Shown here in pieces: positions 1-7,567 of a stretch of 15,187 bases of DNA; position 1 is the first letter of the stretch; each line of letters starts with the position of its first letter. Made by a program: the position numbers and the translations under genes. The notes under the pieces were generated by a model, which did no database searches, was not told where the DNA came from, and saw only the letters and a list, made by a program, of their open reading frames with translations. Origin of the DNA: Simkaniaceae bacterium. GTDB taxonomy: Bacteria; Chlamydiota; Chlamydiia; Chlamydiales; JAJFMI01. Location of the stretch: positions 1 through 15,187 of the forward strand of contig JBBDIZ010000028.1 of the NCBI GenBank assembly GCA_040880145.1. The letters run 5' to 3'.

Positions 1-28
1 CCCTGCCCCTGCCCTTGCCCTTGCCCGA
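1..28. repeat. Left arm of hexamer tandem/inverted repeat, (CCYTGC)x4-CCGA; may extend beyond the window edge
   Basis: CCCTGC CCCTGC CCTTGC CCTTGC CCGA. Its reverse complement TCGG GCAAGG GCAAGG GCAGGG GCAGGG matches the arm at 145-184. Confidence 0.9.
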
Positions 29-44
29 AAAGTTTGAAAAAGTT

Positions 45-60
45 CTGGCACACAACTTGT
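45..60 (+). promoter_or_regulatory. Sigma54-like -24/-12 motif with imperfect -12 box
   Basis: CTGGCACACAACTTGT vs consensus TGGCAC-N5-TTGC. GG at 47-48 has the correct N10 spacing, but 59-60 is GT rather than GC. Confidence 0.35.
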
Positions 61-130
61 GAATGAAGAACGATAGGTCAAAGGCCGTGAGCTGCTGATT
101 AGTATAGTGTCCATGCTAGTGAAAATGGCT
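53..130 (+). pseudogene. Degenerate C-terminal fragment of a four-helix-bundle (23S rRNA IVS / Avd-like) protein
   Basis: Frame +2 reads QLVNEER*VKGRELLISIVSMLVKMA, with an in-frame TAG at 74-76 and no N-terminus. It resembles the last helix of four-helix-bundle proteins (G.ELL.RIV.ML.K; recalled pattern) and lies between the inverted hexamer arrays. Confidence 0.55.
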
Positions 131-144
131 CAAAAAAACACGAA

Positions 145-184
145 TCGGGCAAGGACAAGGGCAAGGACAAGGGCAGGGGCAAGG
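145..184. repeat. Right arm of hexamer tandem/inverted repeat, TCGG-(RCARGG)x6
   Basis: TCGG GCAAGG ACAAGG GCAAGG ACAAGG GCAGGG GCAAGG; inverted relative to 1-28. Confidence 0.9.
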
Positions 185-222
185 AATTGGGGTTATGCAA
201 GATGTCTTACGAAAAAGAAACT

Positions 223-1203
223 CTAAATCAACCACCAGGTGGCTACCGATAGATAAATAGTCGTTGTAATGATGTCAGCACAAGTTAGAACAATAGGACC
301 GGCTGCTACCTTGGGGTCCCATTCTTTCAGGTGAAGAATGATAGGAACTGCTGCCCCGATAGCTCCGGTTATGACAATGGAGCTTAATATTCCGGTTGTA
401 ATGGTAATTCCAGGAGCAAGTCCAAATCCCCAAAGCAGTGAAATCCCCCCCACAGTCAAAGAACAAGTTAAAGAGAGCAGCAGCAGAGTTTTGCACTCAC
501 GGAAGAGCGTTTTGACTAAATAACTAAGGGATTGATGACGCCTTTGAACATGTTGAAGCGAAAGGGTCATTGACTGCATGGAAATAGACTCGGAAAGAGC
601 TAAAACTAAAGGGATAAACATTGCCAAAACGATCACTTGAGATAACACCACTTCATAAAACTTAGAAATAGCAGCACAAGCAAATCCCCCAAACATATTA
701 CAGAAAATCCAGGGCATACGCATCCGATAACTCTTCCAGGGAGTAAAGCGTTTTCCCTCTTCGATATAGAAACCGAGCATTTGAAAGACATCATTTCGAC
801 GCCTTGCATTGACAATATCGACGGTCTCTTCCATGTAAAGTTGGACATCAACGACTCCCAAAAAGTGTTGATCCTCATCGACAACAGGCAAGGCTAGCAA
901 GTGGTAAGTTTCAAAGACGTGCATGGCCTGATCAAGCGTCTCCGTTGACAAAAGACCAATCACCTTTTTATCCATGATCTCTTCGATTCGAGTTTTTGGG
1001 CTTCTTAATAAAAGGCGTCTTGTGGGGACAACACCAACAAGCTTGCCCGCTTCATTCACAACATAAAAATAAACGATTTTTTCGTGAATTTCTCTTTCTC
1101 GAATTGTACTTAATGCTTCTTCAATTGTTTGAGTGGGAGCCACAATTGTCTGTACAGGACTTACAAATTCAACGACGCGGCGACTAAAGTCTTGTTTGCT
1201 CAT
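223..1203 (-). CDS. mgtE: MgtE-family magnesium transporter, short form (CBS pair plus TM domain, no N-terminal domain)
   Basis: Tandem CBS domains (YFYVVNEAGKLVGVV, LLALPVVDEDQHFLGVV), RMPW at TM1, five hydrophobic segments and DPKVAAGPIVLTCADI. Start placed at ATG 1203 (326 aa) from promoter geometry; alternatives are 1212 and 1239. Confidence 0.9.
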   Translation of the reverse strand: MSKQDFSRRVVEFVSPVQTIVAPTQTIEEALSTIREREIHEKIVYFYVVNEAGKLVGVVPTRRLLLRSPKTRIEEIMDKKVIGLLSTETLDQAMHVFETYHLLALPVVDEDQHFLGVVDVQLYMEETVDIVNARRRNDVFQMLGFYIEEGKRFTPWKSYRMRMPWIFCNMFGGFACAAISKFYEVVLSQVIVLAMFIPLVLALSESISMQSMTLSLQHVQRRHQSLSYLVKTLFRECKTLLLLSLTCSLTVGGISLLWGFGLAPGITITTGILSSIVITGAIGAAVPIILHLKEWDPKVAAGPIVLTCADIITTTIYLSVATWWLI

Positions 1204-1210
1204 ATACGAC

Positions 1211-1239
1211 ATGCTACCAAATCGGATAGCTTCAATCAA
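1211..1239 (-). promoter_or_regulatory. Putative sigma70/sigma66 promoter of mgtE
   Basis: Minus strand TTGATT (1239-1234), 17 bp, then TAGCAT (1216-1211) preceded by TGn; 7 nt upstream of ATG 1203. Confidence 0.55.
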
Positions 1240-1246
1240 TTAGATC

Positions 1247-1275
1247 TTGGAATTTCCTTCAAAACCCCCTATAAT
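1247..1275 (+). promoter_or_regulatory. Putative sigma70/sigma66 promoter of the methyltransferase-glmS operon
   Basis: TTGGAA (1247-1252), 17 bp, TATAAT (1270-1275); 7 nt upstream of ATG 1283. Confidence 0.6.
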
Positions 1276-1282
1276 GCAGACC

Positions 1283-2032
1283 ATGAAAAAAGATTCTTCT
1301 TGGGAAAGTGTAAGCAGCTGGTACGATAGTTTAGTCTCAACCGATGGGCATTACTTTCACCAGCACGTAATTTTTCCAAAACTCCTTCCTTTGATTACCG
1401 GCAAAAACTTAAAAGTCCTCGATTTAGGCTGCGGCCAGGGTCCCTTGGCAAGAAAGCTCCCAAATGCAACTGAGTATCTTGGAATCGATCTCTCCCCTTC
1501 TCTCATTCAGTTTGCAAAATCGAAAAACCCAAATCCAAAAATAAAGTTTATGTGCGCTGATGCCACCAAACCCTTAAAACTTGAAAAGGACTTCACAGAC
1601 GCTTTTATGATTCTCTGTTTGCAGAATATGAAAAATCCCGAAGGAGCACTCAAAAATGCTTATAAAGCGCTTGCTCCTCAAGGGCGACTTTTTCTTGTTC
1701 TAAACCATCCTGCATTTCGCATTCCTAGACAATCTCACTGGGGCGTTGACGAAATCAGAAAAATTCAATTTCGTCGTCTTGATTGTTATTTAAGCGAGCT
1801 TGAAATCCCCATTCAAAAAAGCCCAAGCATGGGGGAGAAATCGGCGACAACGCTAAGTTTTCATAAACCATTGTCAAAGTGGTCCGAGTTGCTTTTTACC
1901 TCTCAATTTTTGATCGAAAAAATTGAGGAATGGACCTCTGATAAGGTAAGTACGGGCAAAAAAGCTCGAATGGAAGATAGGGCGCGAAAGGAGTTTCCGC
2001 TCTTTTTGACTTTTATCTGTCAAAAGCGATAA
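1283..2032 (+). CDS. Class I SAM-dependent methyltransferase
   Basis: Motif I VLDLGCGQG, acidic post-I YLGIDLS, ADAT, and LAPQGRLFL. Start ATG 1283 (alternative 1274). Substrate unknown. Confidence 0.9.
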   Translation: MKKDSSWESVSSWYDSLVSTDGHYFHQHVIFPKLLPLITGKNLKVLDLGCGQGPLARKLPNATEYLGIDLSPSLIQFAKSKNPNPKIKFMCADATKPLKLEKDFTDAFMILCLQNMKNPEGALKNAYKALAPQGRLFLVLNHPAFRIPRQSHWGVDEIRKIQFRRLDCYLSELEIPIQKSPSMGEKSATTLSFHKPLSKWSELLFTSQFLIEKIEEWTSDKVSTGKKARMEDRARKEFPLFLTFICQKR

Positions 2033-2040
2033 TAGTGCCT

Positions 2041-3873
2041 ATGTGTGGAATATTTGGCGTTGCCCTCAACAATAAAAAAAGCTCGATTAAATCCTGTCTC
2101 GAAGGCTTAAAAAAATTAGAATATCGCGGCTATGACTCAAGTGGAATCGCCGGAATCCACAAAGGTGAGCTTAAAGCCTGGAAAGAACGGGGGAAAATCA
2201 GCTTTCTAGAACAGGCTATTGAAAAACATCCCTTTGAGCTTGACGTTGCTATCGCTCATACCCGTTGGGCAACGCATGGGAAACCCTCCCAACTAAACGC
2301 TCATCCTCAATTCGATGAGACTCACTCTTTAGCAATTGTCCACAATGGCATCATCGAAAACCACCATCTTTTAAGAGAAAAACTTAAAAAAGAAGGGCTG
2401 ACTTTTCGTTCGGACACCGACTCCGAGGTCATCGCGCAGCTGATTAGTTATAACTATAAGCAAGATCTTCTTCAGGCCCTAATTCAAACGTTAAAAGAGC
2501 TTAAGGGCGCTCTTGCCATTGCCATTGTACATCGCGACTACCCCAACCGGATTTTTGCAGCTTCTAGAGAAAGCCCCCTTGCAATCGGAACAAATGGGTT
2601 TGAAACTTATTTAGCTTCCGACCCAAATGCTTTTGTACAAAATGACTTGAAAATCTATTTTCTTCATCATGACGAAATTGCGGTTATTTCCAATGAGGAA
2701 GTGAAAATCTTCGATGCAAACGGCCGCTTTCTGACAAAACCGATTCACTCATTGAACCTTGAAAAGACCATCATTTCAAAAAAAGGTTTTGAGCATTTTA
2801 TGCTGAAAGAGATCTTCGATCAACCCCAAAGCATTCAAGAAACTATGGCCGGGCGCTTTTCAGAAGAATTTGGTATGGCTGTTTTCGAAGAGCTTACACT
2901 TTTGCCAAAGGAACTTCAGAAAATTGATCACGTAACGATCTTAGCCTGCGGAAGCTCCTATCACGCAAGCCTCATCGCTGCCTCAATGCTTCAAAGTATG
3001 GCGCGTATTCAAGCCCATGCTGAGATTGCCTCAGAATTTCGATACACAAATCCAATCATCACGGAAAACACTCTTGTCATTGCAATCAGTCAATCAGGAG
3101 AGACTGCAGACACGTTGGCGGCTCTTCGAGAAGCCAAATGCAAAGGAGCCAAAACATTGGGGATTTGTAATGTCTCGCACTCCTCCTTGACGCGGGAAGC
3201 CGATAGCTGCTTACTATTGAAGGCCGGGCCCGAAATCAGCGTTTGTTCGACAAAAGCCTTTACCTCTCAATTAGCCCTGCTCTCTCTTTTTACACTCTAC
3301 ATGGCAAGACTCCGTAATTTTGGTAAAGGAGAAGGACAATTCTTCCTAAAAGAGTTAAAGCGAATTCCTGCCTATATCTCTCAAGTATTAGCTGAAGCGA
3401 AAAAAATCGAAGAAATGGCTAAAAAATATGCAGAATATCGAGATTTCTTTTTTATCGGCCGTCGTTATATGGCGACCACAAGTTTTGAATCCGCTTTGAA
3501 GCTCAAAGAAATCTCTTATTTAAATGCCACGGCCTATCCGGCCGGTGAGATGAAACATGGTCCTATCGCTCTTCTTGACGAGAGAATGCCCGTTATCGCT
3601 CTTTGTGGAAATGACCAAACCTATGATAAAATTATGTCAAATATGATGGAGGTAAAAGCGCGAGGCGCTCCCCTGCTGGCTTTTGCTCCCATTCATGAAA
3701 CAAGTATTGAATCCATTACTCGCGATGTCATCTATTTACCTCGCACATGCGATGAACTCTCTCCGATCCTCTACTCAGTTGCAACGCAGCTATTCGCCTA
3801 CTCGATCGCTCGCGAAATGAATACAGAAATTGATCAGCCTAGAAACTTAGCCAAATCTGTCACTGTAGAATAA
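2041..3873 (+). CDS. glmS: Glutamine--fructose-6-phosphate aminotransferase (isomerizing)
   Basis: N-terminal MCGIFG (catalytic Cys1, which fixes the start at ATG 2041), LEYRGYDS, HTRWATHG, HNGIIEN, SQSGETADT, GEMKHGP and C-terminal PRNLAKSVTVE. Confidence 0.99.
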   Translation: MCGIFGVALNNKKSSIKSCLEGLKKLEYRGYDSSGIAGIHKGELKAWKERGKISFLEQAIEKHPFELDVAIAHTRWATHGKPSQLNAHPQFDETHSLAIVHNGIIENHHLLREKLKKEGLTFRSDTDSEVIAQLISYNYKQDLLQALIQTLKELKGALAIAIVHRDYPNRIFAASRESPLAIGTNGFETYLASDPNAFVQNDLKIYFLHHDEIAVISNEEVKIFDANGRFLTKPIHSLNLEKTIISKKGFEHFMLKEIFDQPQSIQETMAGRFSEEFGMAVFEELTLLPKELQKIDHVTILACGSSYHASLIAASMLQSMARIQAHAEIASEFRYTNPIITENTLVIAISQSGETADTLAALREAKCKGAKTLGICNVSHSSLTREADSCLLLKAGPEISVCSTKAFTSQLALLSLFTLYMARLRNFGKGEGQFFLKELKRIPAYISQVLAEAKKIEEMAKKYAEYRDFFFIGRRYMATTSFESALKLKEISYLNATAYPAGEMKHGPIALLDERMPVIALCGNDQTYDKIMSNMMEVKARGAPLLAFAPIHETSIESITRDVIYLPRTCDELSPILYSVATQLFAYSIAREMNTEIDQPRNLAKSVTVE

Positions 3874-3878
3874 AAATC

Positions 3879-6041
3879 ATGCGAAAATTTCTTCTTCTAA
3901 GCTTCAGCTTTCTCTTTCTTTTTTTTCTTCCGCAAGGACTCTCTACACAATTAGGACTAAAACTCATTTCTCGTGCCATTTCATCAAATTACAATATAAA
4001 CCTTCAAATTCAAAACGCTGAAATAAGCTGGTTCCATTCTACTCGTTTAAAAAATATTGAATTAAAGCATGAAGAAATAAGCGCTACAATCGATCAAATC
4101 ATCATTGGAGGCAACCTCTTCACTCTGCTTGCAAAACAAGCAAGAGAAATTAAAATTGAAAATATCTTATCCAACAACTCATCTGTAAACTTTTCTTGCG
4201 ACATTCAATATATTGAATCGGAAATCAAACTCAAAGCCTTGTTGAATTTTGATAACGGCATCGTTGAAATTACAGGTATTGGCCCAAAGAATCACATAGA
4301 TTTTTTTGTTCAATCAGATTTAATCAATGGAAGTGGTATTGGTTATTTTGAAAAAAATGAATTTGGAATTAAAGTTCCGTTTCATGGGGAAGTCCCCCTC
4401 TTTGATCAAAATTATCAGGTCTTTCTCCTGCCTTTTTCTTACCATCTATCCTCCGGGTTCACCTCTTTATTCTCCTATCGCATTCTAGGCCCAAATCAAT
4501 TGCAGCTAACAGGAGACCTGAATCTTGAATCCCAACTGTTTTCTACACAATTTCAAGGAGAATTTGAAAACGAGCCCCTATCGGGCGCCTTTTCAATTGA
4601 CCGCTCTTATAAATTGAATTTTGCTCTCAATCATCTTCCCCTTTCTTTCTTTTCCAACTATTTGAAAGATTTTTCAAAGCTGAAGCCTATTTTTGGACCT
4701 TCCCTTTCTGTAAAACTAGATGGAAATAACGAAAATTTTCATTGCAAACTCGATACAGAGAAATTTCAATTCAGCGGCGACTTTTCTTATCTAGGAGATC
4801 TTAAATTCAAATCGAGCTCAGAACCTGGAGCTTTTTCACTTTCTATTGATAAGGAGAGCTTTGAAGCGGTTCAGCTCCTCCACCATGGTTACGCATCAAA
4901 ATCCCTTCACCTCTTAAATCCCGCCCTCATGCAGGGATCTTTATCCTTTTTTCAAAAACAAATGAAAAGCAAATGGAAGTTACAACCTCTTATCCTGGAA
5001 TTTGAAGGGAAGCCGTTTACGATTCAATCGTTGAAGGGATCACTCGATAACGAGTTGACTCTCAATATTAAAGGAGATATCGATTCAGAAGAGTTAAGAG
5101 GGGCCTTTTTTCTAGAGACAGGCAATCAATTGACTCAAATTGATTTTAAAGCCCAAAGCTTGCCAACTGTTGCTCTAGATGCAGCTTTTTCACTCTTTGG
5201 ACAAGAAAAAATTATTTCAGAATTTTTTTTAGGCGACTTTTTCAGCATTGCCTTGAACTCAAATGACCAAGACCTCTATTTAAAACTTTTTTCTCCTTAT
5301 TTTCAAACTTGTATAGAGGGACGTATTCTTGAGAAAAACCTCCTATTGAATTCTCCTAGTGAAATTTCTTTCACTCCGACTCCATTAGCCCTTCACTCTC
5401 TTTCTAAAAATTTTAATATCGATTTCATTCCACCAAAAACGCCGATAAAACTCCATATCGACTCGAATGGATTTCGCTTCCCTCTTTTTCCAATCGATCT
5501 TACAAAATTAGAGGTTCCAAACTTTACGTTCGATATTAACCGCCTTTTTTTAGCTAATATCAAGAAAAGCTTTGATATCAAAAATTTATTCAAATTTACA
5601 GCATCTAAAGAAAATACAGAGATCTGGTCGACTCCTTTAATTGGACATATTCATAATGGACAAATTGATATCGACCGAACAGAAGTTCTTTTAGATCGAG
5701 CCCTTCAACTAGCTCTATGGGGGAAGGTGAATTTTGAAAAAAAGTCTATCGACATGACGCTTGGGTTGACAGCAGAATCCCTGGAAAGGGAGTTTCAAAT
5801 TTTGGATCTAGCCCCCTCGTACGTTCTAAAAATCCCATTAAAGGGCGCTTTCAAAAAAATTCGTTTCGATACAAAAAAAGCAGCGTCAAAAATAGCTTTT
5901 TTGATTGGAAGAAATCAAGCTCATAACCATCTTGGTATTTGGGGAGATCTTTTAGTAGACATCGGTGAACTTTTCGATGACCAGAGTGATGTCCCTCCAC
6001 CTCCTTTCTTCTTACCTTGGGAAAAAACCTTTGACAAATAA
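3879..6041 (+). CDS. Hypothetical N-terminally anchored beta-rich envelope protein (possibly AsmA/TamB-like)
   Basis: 720-aa ORF 5 nt after glmS. Hydrophobic N-terminal anchor (MRKFLLLSFSFLFLFFLPQ), alternating hydrophobic beta-strand pattern throughout, and C-terminal VPPPPFFLPWE. Confidence 0.75.
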   Translation: MRKFLLLSFSFLFLFFLPQGLSTQLGLKLISRAISSNYNINLQIQNAEISWFHSTRLKNIELKHEEISATIDQIIIGGNLFTLLAKQAREIKIENILSNNSSVNFSCDIQYIESEIKLKALLNFDNGIVEITGIGPKNHIDFFVQSDLINGSGIGYFEKNEFGIKVPFHGEVPLFDQNYQVFLLPFSYHLSSGFTSLFSYRILGPNQLQLTGDLNLESQLFSTQFQGEFENEPLSGAFSIDRSYKLNFALNHLPLSFFSNYLKDFSKLKPIFGPSLSVKLDGNNENFHCKLDTEKFQFSGDFSYLGDLKFKSSSEPGAFSLSIDKESFEAVQLLHHGYASKSLHLLNPALMQGSLSFFQKQMKSKWKLQPLILEFEGKPFTIQSLKGSLDNELTLNIKGDIDSEELRGAFFLETGNQLTQIDFKAQSLPTVALDAAFSLFGQEKIISEFFLGDFFSIALNSNDQDLYLKLFSPYFQTCIEGRILEKNLLLNSPSEISFTPTPLALHSLSKNFNIDFIPPKTPIKLHIDSNGFRFPLFPIDLTKLEVPNFTFDINRLFLANIKKSFDIKNLFKFTASKENTEIWSTPLIGHIHNGQIDIDRTEVLLDRALQLALWGKVNFEKKSIDMTLGLTAESLEREFQILDLAPSYVLKIPLKGAFKKIRFDTKKAASKIAFLIGRNQAHNHLGIWGDLLVDIGELFDDQSDVPPPPFFLPWEKTFDK

Positions 6042-6059
6042 TTAATAGTTTCTTATTCT
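6031..6059 (+). promoter_or_regulatory. Putative sigma70/sigma66 promoter of the orphan ORF at 6087
   Basis: Perfect TTGACA (6031-6036), 17 bp, TATTCT (6054-6059). Confidence 0.6.
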
Positions 6060-6086
6060 TGCACTGAAACAACTATGAGATCTTAA

Positions 6087-6518
6087 GTGGCCAAGATTGA
6101 TTCTTACAGTAGTGAATTTTTATATCCAGAAGAAATAGTAGAAGAAAAAACCGATTTTTTTTCTTTAGAAAATTTTCTCTCTATTCTTTACATGATCATA
6201 AAGCCTGTGATTAAAATAATTTCTTACTTTTTTTCAGATATTAATGATGATGCAGAAAAATCCCCTCCTGAGACCCAAACAAAAACTAATGATGTTCCTT
6301 GTGAAAAAGTAATTATTAATGAAGTTTCTTTTATTAATATTTATGACTCTTATCATTCTGATTCAAAACTCTCGGCATCAGGATGCAGCATCGAAGACCT
6401 GAATAAGTGGGTATGCATTCAAGATTCTGATCTGGACAATATTGAGGAATCTTCTCCTCAGAAAGACAATGATAAAAAATCTTTTTGGCCTGATTTTAGT
6501 GTAAAATTTTTTTATTAG
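6087..6518 (+). CDS. Hypothetical acidic, Ser/Asp/Glu-rich protein
   Basis: 143-aa ORF with a GTG start that fills the gap between convergent genes and has a promoter upstream. No recognisable family; short hydrophobic/amphipathic stretch near residues 25-50. Confidence 0.65.
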   Translation: MAKIDSYSSEFLYPEEIVEEKTDFFSLENFLSILYMIIKPVIKIISYFFSDINDDAEKSPPETQTKTNDVPCEKVIINEVSFINIYDSYHSDSKLSASGCSIEDLNKWVCIQDSDLDNIEESSPQKDNDKKSFWPDFSVKFFY

Positions 6519-7567
6519 GCTAATGTAATTTTTTTATCCAAGTAAACATCTTGTATAGAATTTAAAAGTTTAACGCCCTCTTTTAAAGGTTTTTGAAAGG
6601 CCTTTCGACCTGAGATTAACCCCATTCCGCCGGCTCGCTTATTAATTACAGCTGTTTTAACCGCTTGAGCTAAATCATCTTTCCCGGAGGGACCTCCTGA
6701 ATTGATCAAACCAATACGTCCCATATAACAATTTGCAACTTGATACCGACAAAGATCTATAGGATGATCTGTGGAAAGCTCGGTATACATTTTTTCAACC
6801 TGCTTTCCAAAATTCAAGGTTTTAAAACCCCCGTTATTCTCAGGTAGTTTTTGCTTGATAATATCCGCTTCTATTGTCACCCCGAGATGATTTGCCTGCC
6901 CTGTTAAATCAGCAGCTGTGTGGTAGTCTTGTTCTTTCTTAAACTCATTATTTCTCAAATAACACCATAAAATGGTTGCCATACCAAGCTCATGAGCCAT
7001 TTGAAATGCTTTTGATACTTCCACAAGTTGTCGATTACTTTCAGCAGAGCCAAAGTAAATGGTCGCACCAACAGCTACGCATCCCATCTCATACGCTTTT
7101 TTCATTGAAGCAAAAAGAATTTGATCATATTTATTGGGATAGGTCAAAAGCTCGTTATGATTGAATTTTAAGATAAATGGAATTTTATGAGCATACTTTC
7201 TTGCAATCGATCCTAATACCCCAAAAGTCGAGGCAACTCCATTGCACCCTCCTTCAATCGCAAGCTTTACAATATTTTCAGGATCGAAATAGTCAGGATT
7301 TGGAGCAAAGGATGCCCCTGCTGTGTGCTCAATTCCCTGATCAACAGGAAGGATCGAAAGATATCCGGTTCTCGAAAGCCGGCCTGATGCATAAAGCCAG
7401 GCTAAACTCTGTAAAGTTCGAATATTACGATCTGAACCCATGAAATTTTTTTCGATAAAATCAGGCCCGGGAGTGTGGAGTCGATCTTTTGAAATTGTGC
7501 GGCATTGATGCGTAAGTAAAGACTCCGATTCACTTCCTAACAATTCGGTAATTTCAGAATAATTCAC
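6515..7567 (-). CDS. fbaB: Class I fructose-bisphosphate aldolase (DhnA/FbaB type)
   Basis: [44 protein letters not shown] (Schiff-base Lys) and [10 protein letters not shown]. The GTG start overlaps the upstream stop (GTGA) and has a GAGGTG SD. Confidence 0.97.
   Translation of the reverse strand: MNYSEITELLGSESESLLTHQCRTISKDRLHTPGPDFIEKNFMGSDRNIRTLQSLAWLYASGRLSRTGYLSILPVDQGIEHTAGASFAPNPDYFDPENIVKLAIEGGCNGVASTFGVLGSIARKYAHKIPFILKFNHNELLTYPNKYDQILFASMKKAYEMGCVAVGATIYFGSAESNRQLVEVSKAFQMAHELGMATILWCYLRNNEFKKEQDYHTAADLTGQANHLGVTIEADIIKQKLPENNGGFKTLNFGKQVEKMYTELSTDHPIDLCRYQVANCYMGRIGLINSGGPSGKDDLAQAVKTAVINKRAGGMGLISGRKAFQKPLKEGVKLLNSIQDVYLDKKITLA

Noticed and set aside
1990..2040. glmS ribozyme upstream of glmS
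   Set aside because: Only 8 nt separate the methyltransferase stop from the glmS ATG, leaving no room.
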